From assembly GCF_032444005.1 (NCBI RefSeq), contig NC_091289.1, positions 172,360,001-172,424,000 of the forward strand: 64,000 nt of DNA, given 5' to 3'. Positions 25,216 through 35,919 of this stretch are shown piece by piece. The stretch comes from Ranitomeya imitator. Taxonomy: Eukaryota. Position 1 is the stretch's first letter. Each line of letters opens with the position of its first letter. Position numbers and translations under genes: made by a program. The notes beneath the pieces are model-generated. The model had not been told where the DNA came from. It saw only the letters and a list, made by a program, of their open reading frames with translations, and searched no databases.

Positions 25216-26302
25216 TACTGGTGATGCTAGGGGTTCTGAGGTAAGAAGAGGCTGCTCACACTGCTGTCCACCCTGTCTATCTGACATAATACTGGAGATA
25301 CCAGGGGTCCTGAGATTATAAGAGGCTGCTCACACTGCTGTCCACCCTGTCTATCTGACCTAATATTGGAGATACCAGGGGTCCTGACATAATAAGAGGC
25401 TGCTCACACTGCTGTCCGCCCAGTCTTTCTGACATAATACTGGAGATGCCAGGGGTTCTGAGGTAAGAAGAGGCTGCTCACACTGCTGTCCGCCCTGTCT
25501 TTCTGACATAATACTGGAGATGCCAGGGGTTCTGAGGTAAGAAGAGGCTGCTCACACTGCTGTCCACCCTGTCTATCTGACATAATACTGGAGATACCAG
25601 GGGTCCTGAGATAATAAAAGGCTGCTTACACTGCTGTTCACACTGTCTATCTGATATAATACTGGAGATACCAGGGGTCCTGAGTTAAGAAGAGGCTCCT
25701 CACACTGCTGTCCACCCTGTCTATCTGACATAATACTGGAGATACCAGGGGTCCTGAGTTAAGAAGAGGCTCCTCACACTGCTGTCCACCCTGTATAACT
25801 GATCTAATACTAGAGATATCAGAAGAGCTGAGATAAGAAGAAGCTGCTCACACAGCTGACTACCCTGTCTATCTGACCTAATGCTGGAGATACCAGGAGA
25901 GCTGAGATAAGAAGAAACCACTCACACTGCTGTCCATCATGTATTTCTAATCTAATGATGGAGATACCGGGAGTGTTGAGGTAAGAAGAGGTTGCTCATA
26001 TTGCTGTCCACTGTGTCTATCTGATCTAATACTAGAGATATCAGTGGTTCTGAGGTAAGAAGAGGCTGCTCACACTGCTGTCTGCCATGTCTACCCGATC
26101 TGATATTGGAGATACCAGGGGTGCTGAAGTAAGAAGAGGCTGCTCACACTGCTGTCCACTGTGTCTATCTGATCTAATACTAGAGATATCAGTGGTTCTG
26201 AGGTAAGAAGAGGCTCCTCACACTGCTGTCTGCCATGTCTACCCGATCTGATATTGGAGATACCAGGGGTGTTGAAGTAAGAAGAGGCTGCTCACACTGC
26301 TG
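25216..26302. repeat. 74-bp minisatellite, about 14-15 copies
   Basis: GGAGA...AAGAGGCTGCTCACACTGCTGTCC unit; period measured between 25442 and 25516. Confidence 0.95.
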
Positions 26303-27174
26303 ACATGTCTTTTCTAATTCTGAATGGCTGCTGTGACCTGGAGATAATTTATACCACACACTCTCTGTCACTCAATCTCCATTCCCTTGACGTCTCCCCT
26401 TGGAGCAAAATTTGTAGAACCCAAACAAATTAGATAATTTACAGATCCCACCACCAATTGTTGGGTGTGACCAAAAACTACATTTCCAACTAGCTGGGCA
26501 TTAAATTTCATGTGATGAAATGTCTCATTGAAAACCGTTATTTAAAAAAAGGCAATACATTGCTGTATGTGTCACCTCTCCTAATTAGAGACAATCAATG
26601 ATCCAAAGATTGAGGAAATGGGATTTGACCTTCTTGATAATGATCAATAGCTTAATGGAAATTAAGAGGTGGATTAATATGTTCAGAGTCCTCGGTGCTG
26701 GCAACAGACTGTTGAACCCAATTAAAAGCAGGCAATGGACATCTATCTATCATCAAATCAATCAATATTGTCACTTCAGATGTTCTCAATGATGGACTCC
26801 ACCTCATATTTGCATTTGTTGTGTATTGAGAAGGAAAATACATTCTACTATTGAGGAACCTGATAGCAAATGTCTTCATTCAGTTCTTTGTACCGCCAGT
26901 TTTATAGCTTGCATTATACAAAAGAATCAATGAGTCACTATGATGTATCTATTGAATCGTGATTGGAGCTGACAGTATTGCCAGCGGCAAGTCCAAGTAA
27001 ATTGAATCCAACTTTTTTCTAGATAATCTGTAAGAATGGAAAAATAATCATAAAAGGAAGATGATACTCCTGTGTGCATAGTAACAAGTAGACTCAAACA
27101 TCAGTTACAAGGCAAAGTTAGAAATGGGGAAACTAAAAATATCCCTAGATTGTACCAACCCTTGCAAAGAGTGG

Positions 27175-27249
<75 letters not shown>

Positions 27250-27250
27250 G
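27175..27250. repeat. (TA)n microsatellite
   Basis: Directly visible. Confidence 0.95.
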
Positions 27251-27265
27251 TCTGTAATTGTCTAA

Positions 27266-27933
27266 GGCCAGTCTCACACGTCCAGATAATTCCGGTACCA
27301 GAAAAATCGGTACCGGAATTAACCGTGTCCGTGTTTACCGTGAACATCAGTGTGGCCACCCCATGGGTGGTGGAGCCGCATATTCATGACTGTAATTGGC
27401 GGCCCCACGTGACCGCTCATACAGGAGAAGGTGCGGCGAGGACAGGACGCTGCGAGGGAGCCGGGTGAGTATTTTATTAACAGCGGGGGGGGGGGGGGGG
27501 AGGGCGCAAAGAGGGGGGGTTTGGGGACAGGGATCTTTATTTTAAACACGAGGACAAAAAGGGATTTTTCATATCTTCTTTCCAGCGAACGCTGCTGGAG
27601 AGAAGATATGAATGGCGGCTTCAGCACCACGTGGGGGGGACAGCGCTTACTGTAGCGCTGTCTCCTGCACGGCACACGGACTGCACACGGACAGCGTCCG
27701 TGTGCGGTACGTGTTTTACACGGACCCATTTACTTTAATGGGTCCGTGTAATCCATGTGCTCCCACGAACACTGACATGTCTCCATGTTTTGCACACGGA
27801 CACACGGTCCGTGAAAACACGCTGACATGTGCAGTAACACATTGATTTCAATGTGTCTACGTGAGTCAGTGTCTCCGGTATGTGAGGAAACTGTCACCTC
27901 ACATACCGGAGCCACTGATGTGTGAAACCGGCC
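27266..27933. mobile_element. PIF/Harbinger-type MITE
   Basis: TIRs GGCCAGTCTCACAC / GTGTGAAACCGGCC with a 3-bp TAA TSD (27263-27265 and 27934-27936). Confidence 0.85.
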
Positions 27934-27994
27934 TAAGGGTTTGGCTGTCTGTCCTGGAAATCCCGCGTCGCTGATTGGTCGAGCCTGCCAGGCC

Positions 27995-28493
27995 TTAGCG
28001 AGACCGCTATGTCTTCTGGGTAATTTCGCAATGCATCGCCGGGAACGTAAGATGGCGGCAGGCGCGAGCGCATCGTCGGACGAAGGAGGGTGAGACTAGC
28101 AGGTTTTTTGTTTTTTTATTATTTTTAACATTAGATCTTTTTACTATTGATGCCGCATAGGCAGCATCAATAGTAAAAAAGTTGGGGACACACAGGGTTA
28201 ATAGCAGCAGTAACGGAGTGCGTTACCCACGGCATAACGTGGTCCGTTACCGCCGGCATTAACCCTGTGTGAGCGGTGACCGGAGGGGAGTATGCGGGCG
28301 CCGGGCACTGACTGCAGGGAGTAAGGAGCGGCCATTTTCTTCCGGACTGTGCCCGTCGCTGATTGGTTGTGGCTGTTTGCCACGACCAATCAGCGTTCTT
28401 GGATTTCCACGACAGACAGAGGCCGCGACCAATGAATATCTGTGACAGACAGACAGAAAGACGGAAGTGACCCTTAGATAATTATATAGTAGA
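27995..28493 (-). mobile_element. Non-autonomous Helitron, 5' fragment (element A)
   Basis: Reverse strand begins TCTACTATATAA at 28493; near-identical to the 5' parts of 28494-30141 and 33918-34922; 3' end missing; left boundary approximate. Confidence 0.75.
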
Positions 28494-30141
28494 CTAGATG
28501 GTGGCCCGATTCTAACGCATCGAGTATTCTAGAATATGCATGTTCACGTAGTATATTGCCCAGTCACGTAGTATTTTGCCCAGTCACGTAGTATTTTGCT
28601 CCATGCAGTTATGGCCCCATAGATGCCCCATATAATGATCCATGCAGTTATGGCCACATAGACGTCTCATATAATGCTCCATGCAGTTATGGCCCCATAG
28701 ATGCTCCAAATAATGCTCCATGCAGTTATGGCCCCATAGATGCCCCATATAATGCTCCATGCAGTTATGGCCCCATAGATACCTCATATAATGCTCCATG
28801 CAGTTATGGCCCCATAGATGCCCCATATAATGCTCCATGCAGTTATGGCCCCATAGATACCTCATATAATGCTCCATGCAGTTATGGCCCCATAGATGCT
28901 CCATATAAAGCTCCATGCAGTTATGGCCCCATAGACGCTCCATATAATGCTCCATGCAGTTATGGCCCCATAGATACCTCGTATAATACTCCATGCAGTT
29001 ATGGCCCCATAGATACCTCATATAATGCTCCATACAGTTATGGCCCCATAGACGCTCCATATAATGCTCCATGCAGTTATGGCCCCATAGATACCTCATA
29101 TAATGCTCCATGCAGTTATGGCCCCATAGATGCCCCATATAATGCTCCATGCAGTTATGGCCCCATAGATACCTCATATAATGCTCCATACAGTTATGGC
29201 CCCATAGACGCTCCATATAATGCTCCATGCAGTTCTTTTTGGCCCTATAGACGCTCCATACAGCATTGTGCCACATGTAATGCTGCTGCTGCAATAAAAA
29301 AAATCACATACTCACCTCTCGTCACTGCTCCTCAGCGTCCCGACTCTCCGCACTGACTGTTCAGGCAGAGGGCGGCTCACACACTAATACGTCATCGCGC
29401 CCTCTGACCTGAACAATCACTGCAAGAGTACGGGAAGACGGAGCGGCGCCCGGCGGATGGAACGCGGACAGGTGAATATTAAATACTCACCTGCTCCTGA
29501 CGCTGTCCCTGCCTGTTCCATGGTACCGCAGCTTCCTCGCGCATGTGCGAGAAGGACCTGCCATGACGTCACGGTCACATGACCGTGACGTCATGGCAGG
29601 TCTTTCTCGCGTAGGCGCGCAGGGCCTGTGATGACGTCGTGGTCACATGACCGTGACGTCATGGAAGGTCCTTGTCGCATACCATCCTTAGCACCGGAAC
29701 GTCGCGAAGAGCGGGAAAGGCGCCGGAGGGTGAGTATATGATGATTTTTTATTTTTTTAAATTATTTTTAACATTAGATCTTTTTACTATTGACGCTGCA
29801 TAGGCAGCATCAATAGTAAAAACTTGGTCACACAGGGTTAATAGCGGCAGTAACGGAGTGAGTTACCCGCGGCATAACGCGGTCTGTTACCGCCGGCATT
29901 AACCCTGTGTGAGCGGTGACCGGAGGTGAGTATGCGGGAGCCGAGCACTGACTGCGGGGAGTAAGGAGCGGCCATTTTCTTCCGGACTGTGCCCGTCGCT
30001 GATTGGTCGTGGCTGTTTTGCCACGACCAATCAGCGACTTGGATTTCCATGACAGACAGAGGCCGCAACCAATGAATATCCGTGACAGACAGAAGGACAG
30101 ACAGACAGACGGAAGTGACCCTTAGACAATTATATAGTAGA
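28494..30141 (-). mobile_element. Non-autonomous Helitron (element B, 1648 bp)
   Basis: Reverse strand a^TCTACTATATAA ... subterminal hairpin, 7-nt spacer, CTAG; no TSD. Confidence 0.85.
28600..29260. repeat. 39-bp minisatellite (~16-17 copies) inside Helitron B
   Basis: Unit TATAATGCTCCATGCAGTTATGGCCCCATAGATGCCCCA; explains the 13-aa periodic ORF 28584-29294. Confidence 0.95.
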
Positions 30142-30574
30142 TATTCAGACTTATGCCCTAATGCTGGTGACATATTGCTTCTCTCCAAACAGTAAATTCG
30201 TCTTCTCCCTGCCGGGGGACTGAGTCTTATAATTACAATTCAGATTAATATCCATTTATTTGTCATCTGATTTTGGAGAGCTGCATCAATTTTTTTCAAT
30301 TTTCTGTAAGTAAGAGATTTTTATTGGTAAACTTGGAGGCTTTGCACCCATTTTCGTATGGAAGAGTGCTGGTTTTATCTATTTGTTTCTAGATAGATAG
30401 AAAGAGGGATTCTTCACTGACACCATTTCGGATCGGGTAGGCTCTTCAATTTTATCGGTTCCCCATAAGTCATGCAATCTTCAGTTCATTCCTTTGAAAA
30501 CATGTCTAATTATCTCATCTAATATATAATTGCCTAGAATACTACTTCCTGCAATTTGTGCCAACTTCCGTGGC

Positions 30575-30790
30575 TTTGTCCGGAGCTAATGTCCGGAGCT
30601 AATGTCCGGAGCTAATGTCCGGAGATAAGTGACGTCAACAGTGTCCAGTGTCTGATTGGTTGCCGCCTGCTGCGAGCGACCAATCAGAAACGTGCCGTAC
30701 TGTGACACACTCCGCCCGCCATTTTGGTGTGATTTTTGAATTTTTACCTCACAGCAAGTTTCTACTGCGTGGAGGCGGGCCCAGTGACGT
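30575..30790 (+). promoter_or_regulatory. Candidate promoter inside Helitron C
   Basis: 13-bp tandem (GTCCGGAGCTAAT)x3-4, CRE TGACGTCA 30630-30637, inverted CCAAT pair (ATTGG 30655, CCAAT 30680), YY1-like CGCCATTTT 30717-30725, GC-box-like GGAGGCGGG near 30771. Motif inference only. Confidence 0.4.
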
Positions 30791-31205
30791 TGCTCTTCAA
30801 GCTCCTGCCGAATTTCGTCAAAAAAATGATAATACCATTTACCAAAACTATATATATTTAGTTGTGAAGTGGTTCAGTGACATTTTCACACCAATTTTGA
30901 ACTTTTGTTTGGTGTTTTCTCCATATACTGCCTATTATTCACTGACTGTTATACTGAGAGACTGCCGTTTATTAACCTCTTCTTTGCCACATTGGGTATA
31001 TTGCTCTATTATTTGCCACATAAGGACATTGTCCATTATTGCCCAGCAATTTCTCTGCAATATAAACTGCCTATTTATTAATATCTGCATTCCTGCAAAG
31101 AACTATTGCCTATTATTAACTGGCTATTTTCCTACTACCTGACACTGCCTCTTATTAACCTGTTGTTTGCCACCACCACGCTTAAAGCTGTTTAGCTTAG
31201 CCAAC

Positions 31206-33173
31206 ATGAGCTCTAATAGTAAGGATACTAATGACACAGAGCCCAAAGCTGCTGATGGCGCACGTAAGATTAGGTCTGATAGAAAGTATACTAATAATGC
31301 AGAGCAAAAAGACGCCGATGCCGCACGTAAGCGCAAACAGCGTGCTAACAAGAGTACAGAGGATAGATGCAAGCGCATGGACACTGTTAAGTATACTAAT
31401 GACACAGAGTCCAAAGCTTATGATGGCGCACGTAAGATCAGGTCTGATATAAAGTATGGTAATGATGCAGAGCGAAAAGCTGCCGATGCCGGACGTAAGC
31501 GCAAACAGCGTGTTAACAAGAGTACAGAGGATAGATGCAAGTGCCTGGATACTGTTAAGTATACTAATGACACAGAGCCCAAAGCTGCTGATGGCGCACG
31601 TAAGATCAGGTCTGATATAAAGTATGGTAATGATGCAGAGCGAAAAGCCGTCGATGCCGCACGTAAGCGCAAACAGCGTGTTAACAAGAGTACAGAGGAT
31701 AGATGCAAGCGCCTGGATACTGTTAAGTATACTAATGACACAGAGTCCAAAGCTGCTGATGGCGCACGTAAGATCAGGTCTGATATAAAGTATGGTAATG
31801 ATGCAGAGCGAAAAGCCGCCGATGCCGCACGTAAGCGCAAACAGCGTGCTAACAAGAGTACAGAGGATAGATGCAAGCGCATGGACACTGTTAAGTATAC
31901 TAATGACACAGAGTCCAAAGCTTATGATGGCGCACGTAAGATCAGGTCTGATATAAAGTATGGTAATGATGCAGAGCGAAAAGCCGCCGATGCCGCACGT
32001 AAGCGCAAACAGCGTGCTAACAAGAGTACAGAGGATAGATGCAAGCGCATGGACACTGTTAAGTATACTAATGACACAGAGTCCAAAGCTTATGATGGCG
32101 CACGTAAGATCAGGTCTGATATAAAGTATGGTAATGATGCAGAGCGAAAAGCTGCCGATGCCGGACGTAAGCGCAAACAGCGTGTTAACAAGAGTACAGA
32201 GGATAGATGCAAGTGCCTGGATACTGTTAAGTATACTAATGACACAGAGCCCAAAGCTGCTGATGGCGCACGTAAGATCAGGTCTGATATAAAGTATGGT
32301 AATGATGCAGAGCGAAAAGCTGTCGATGCCGCACGTAAGCGCAAACAGCGTGTTAACAAGAGTACAGAGGATAGATGCAAGCGCCTGGATACTGTTAAGT
32401 ATACTAATGACACAGAGTCCAAAGCTGCTGATGGCGCACGTAAGATCAGGTCTGATATAAAGTATGGTAATGATGCAGAGCGAAAAGCCGCCGATGCCGC
32501 ACGTAAGCGCAAACAGAGTGCTAACAAGAGTACAGAGGAGAGATGCAAGCGCCTGGACACTGTTAAGTATACTAATGACACAGAGCCCAAAGCTGCTGAT
32601 TGCGCACGTAACATCAGGTCTGATTATAAGTATACCAATGACGCTGAGCGAAAAGCCGCCGATGCCGCACGTAAGCACAAACAGCGTGCTAACGAGACTA
32701 CAGAGGACAGACATAAGCGCCTGGACACTGTTAATGCTGCTTGCAATAAACGCATTACTAATGAGTCTTTTGAGGACAAAACTAATCGATTAAGTAATAA
32801 AGCTGCTGCTGCACGCTCTCAACGTTGCAAACATAATATTTCCACGTCCTCAGTCATAGATTCTGCCCACAATACAGCTTCTTTGTCTCCATTCATAGAA
32901 TGTGTGCAGCTTGAAGCTCCTTTAACTGTTGGTAAATCTGCACGTAAGCGCAAACACTGTCCTACTTACACTCCAAATGATAAACGCCGTCGCCTGCACA
33001 CTGTTAAGTCTGCTTATAAGACATGCTTCACACCTGACTCTTCTAAGGCAACAAACAAACCATTACCAAATGCAGCTGGTGCACGTCGTGAATGGCGCAA
33101 AAAAAACGCTTGCACCTCCATATTAATAAACTCTGACCACGATACACCTTCCAACTCCTCAGTGATCGTCTGA
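31206..33173 (+). CDS. 655-aa basic tandem-repeat protein (9 x 56-aa units plus 2 x 23-aa STPR-like repeats), putative nucleic-acid-binding Helitron cargo or N-terminal derivative
   Basis: Uninterrupted ORF from GCCAACATG; repeats start at 31227 with a 168-bp period; ETTEDRHKRLDTVNAACNKRITN / ESFEDKTNRLSNKAAAARSQRCK at 32694-32831; AATAAA at 33319. Confidence 0.6.
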   Translation: MSSNSKDTNDTEPKAADGARKIRSDRKYTNNAEQKDADAARKRKQRANKSTEDRCKRMDTVKYTNDTESKAYDGARKIRSDIKYGNDAERKAADAGRKRKQRVNKSTEDRCKCLDTVKYTNDTEPKAADGARKIRSDIKYGNDAERKAVDAARKRKQRVNKSTEDRCKRLDTVKYTNDTESKAADGARKIRSDIKYGNDAERKAADAARKRKQRANKSTEDRCKRMDTVKYTNDTESKAYDGARKIRSDIKYGNDAERKAADAARKRKQRANKSTEDRCKRMDTVKYTNDTESKAYDGARKIRSDIKYGNDAERKAADAGRKRKQRVNKSTEDRCKCLDTVKYTNDTEPKAADGARKIRSDIKYGNDAERKAVDAARKRKQRVNKSTEDRCKRLDTVKYTNDTESKAADGARKIRSDIKYGNDAERKAADAARKRKQSANKSTEERCKRLDTVKYTNDTEPKAADCARNIRSDYKYTNDAERKAADAARKHKQRANETTEDRHKRLDTVNAACNKRITNESFEDKTNRLSNKAAAARSQRCKHNISTSSVIDSAHNTASLSPFIECVQLEAPLTVGKSARKRKHCPTYTPNDKRRRLHTVKSAYKTCFTPDSSKATNKPLPNAAGARREWRKKNACTSILINSDHDTPSNSSVIV

Positions 33174-33917
33174 TGTCTTTCATCCCTCCCCTCATAAGCA
33201 TGTTCATGGATCCTGTGTAACTGTACCTTAAATAACAAGAATTGTCAAGAGCTGGTGATTGCAGCCATTTTTTGTTCTTTCTTACTATTATTTATTAATT
33301 GTATTATTCTTACATTTGAATAAATAAAGTATATATGGATTCTAGACTCCCGATTCTTTAGAATCGGGCTGCCATCTAGTTACTTATAATTGAAGAAACA
33401 AATGCCTTTTTCATCTGTACGGATGAGCCTTCCAGGACGCCAGCTGCGACCACACGATTTATCCAACGCAAAAAATTACTGTTGGCTCACCTCTATGAAA
33501 TGTATCAGATGCATGTAGCATGTAATGTGTGTAATGGGATTTAACGAATCCAGCGATTTAATAGACACGAAAGGAGATTTATTAGGGCTAGGTGAACACA
33601 GATTTGAGAAATTTACTGACAAATGCATAGACAAAAACTGATGTGACATAGGCCTAACAGCAGAAAGTCGAAAATCGTCAACAACCAGGCACAACTCTGA
33701 AGTCCTGCCCAATTTTCCAAAACATTTAATAGGCAAACAATTGGCACTTCCTAGCACCCTCTTCTAGGAGAGAACACAAGACCTTCCCGAATATCGGCAC
33801 ATAGAATGCCATTGGATCTGTAACATAGACCCAAATGGTCCTAAAGATCAGATGAGAAAGCAGCACCATAATCTGCCCCTTTAAAGGGGTTGGCCACTAT
33901 TAAACTATATTGAGAAA

Positions 33918-34922
33918 CTAGATGGTGGCCCGATTCTAATGCATCGGGTATTCTAGAATATGCATGTCCTCGTAGTATATTGCCCAGCCCACGTACGGTA
34001 GTATATTCCCCAGTCACGTAGTATATTGCCCAGTCACGTAGTATATTGCCCAGTTATGTAGTATATTGCCCAGTGATGTAGTATATTGCCCAGTTACGTA
34101 GTATATTGCCCAGTGACGTAGTATACAGCACAGAGCCACGTAGTATATTGCCCAGCTACGTAGTAAATTGCCCAGCCACGTATGTCACAGGTTAAAAAAT
34201 AAACATATACTCACCTTCCGATCCGAGGGCCCCTTGTAGTTCTGTCGCCAGCTTCCGGTCCCAGGGTGTGATGACGTCGCGGTCACATGACCGTGACGTC
34301 ATGGCAGGTCCTTCTCGCGTAGGCGCGCAGGACCTGTGATGACGTCGCGGTCACATGACTGTGACGTCATGGAAGGTCCTTCTCGCGCAGGCGCGCAGGA
34401 CCTGTGATGAAGTCGCGGTCACATGACCGTGACGTCATGGAAGGTCCTTGTCGCATACCATCCTTAGCACGGAACGTCACGAAGATCGGGAAAGGCGCCG
34501 GAGGGTGAGTATATGATTATTTTTTATTTTTTTTATTATTTTTAACATTAGATCTTTTTACTATTGACGCTGCATAGGCAGCATCAATAGTAAAAACTTG
34601 GTCACACAGGGTTAATAGCGGCAGTAACGGAGTGAGTTACCCGCGGCATAACGCGGTCCGTTACCGCTGGCATTAACCCTGTGTGAGCGGTAACTGCGGG
34701 GAGAATGGGGCGGGCGCCGGGCACTGACTGCAGGGGAGTAGGGAGGAACTAATCGGACTGTGGCCGTCGCTGATTGGTCGCGGCAGCCATGACAGGCAGC
34801 TGGCGCGACCAATCAGCGACTTGGATTCCATGACAGACACAGGCCGCGACCAATGAATATCTGTGACAGAAAGACAGACAGACAGAAAGATGGAAGTGAC
34901 CCTTTGACAATTATATAGTAGA
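33918..34922 (-). mobile_element. Non-autonomous Helitron (element D, 1005 bp), same family as B
   Basis: Reverse strand a^TCTACTATATAA ... CCCGAT/ATCGGG hairpin ... CTAG^t; internal 20-bp tandem (~33970-34180) and 68-bp tandem x3 (~34268-34445). Confidence 0.88.
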
Positions 34923-35552
34923 TGTGCATCCACTAATGTAATGTAATTACTGTACCTGAGCAGCCACAGCGGAGGTGGGTACAGGCTATTATTAATTGAC
35001 ATGGGGGAATATAGTGATTGAGGAGGGGTTGTCCGATCAGTGGACAATCCCTATTAAGGCTGTTGGTTTCTCTGTACTTTGCAGGTTGTAGAATAAGTTA
35101 ACTGAGAATCCATCAGTGAGGTTGTTCTTATAGAGCGTTTGTAACTCTTTTATCTGTATTTTACTGAGTTCCTCTGTGTTGATTCCTGACCACTGACCAC
35201 ATCAAAGTTGAGTTAAACTTTCATGTGATCTTTACTCAGAAAAGATAAGATCTGTAAAAATTTACAAACTCTTTCAAACCATCAAAGCGAGCTCTCTGAA
35301 AGGTTCTTATTTAACTCATCCAGAAGCCAGTGGTAGACAGTGAAATACAGAGGCTAGAGAAGGCAAAAAGTGCAAAATTTACATTGAAGCCAAATTGCAA
35401 AGATTAGTTTTAGCCAAACGTACATAAATTTAAGTAAAGTAAAATACGCCCGATGATGTCTATAGCCTTTAACTCTACAGTAAATTTACATCGCAGTTTT
35501 ATTATATTTAAGCAAATGAGCTAGTTGCATTATAGTGGCACATTGTTATTAC

Positions 35553-35919
35553 AAGGAGTCGTTCGGCCTTGGGGTATGAGTCTGCAGTTCTTCTATGTGA
35601 CTGCAGACTTGTGAATTCTCACAGCGCACAGTGTGCAACCTGTCAGGATTCTTCGACACAATTTACATACTTCTTGCTGCATTACGACTTGACATAGTCA
35701 ACATTACTCACTGCACTTGCACTGAGCGAGCCTGCACAAGTCTAGTTTGCAAGTGACCCCATGTATGCAATTCACATAATTTACGATCACGCGCCCGCCA
35801 GCTTTTGGCTCCAGAATTAGAGAATCCTGACTGTTCGTACACTGCGCACTATGAGAATTCACCAGTCTGCAGTCACATAGATTGACTGCAGACTTGTACC
35901 TAAAGCCCGGATAACCCCT
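35553..35919. mobile_element. T2/Kolobok-type MITE with long inverted arms
   Basis: Right end GGATAACCCCT|TTAA; arms AGTCTGCAG...GACTGCAGACT...GAATTCTCA...AGGATTCT mirrored; left end degenerate. Confidence 0.55.

Larger units (their letters stand above)
30518..33379 (+). mobile_element. Non-autonomous Helitron (element C, 2862 bp) carrying a long ORF
   Basis: a^TCTAATATATAATTG ... CCCGATTCT-TT-AGAATCGGG hairpin (33349-33368), 7-nt spacer, CTAG^t; no TSD; no Rep or PIF1 helicase motifs. Confidence 0.9.

Noticed and set aside
28584-29294. 236-aa ORF with a 13-aa repeat (MxxLWGHNCMEHY)
   Set aside because: Read-through of a 39-bp minisatellite inside Helitron B; no unique coding sequence.
31197-32714. 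505-aa hydrophobic antisense ORF resembling a membrane protein
   Set aside because: Mirror frame of the 168-bp array; confined to the repeat and lacking the promoter, Kozak and poly(A) context of the sense ORF.
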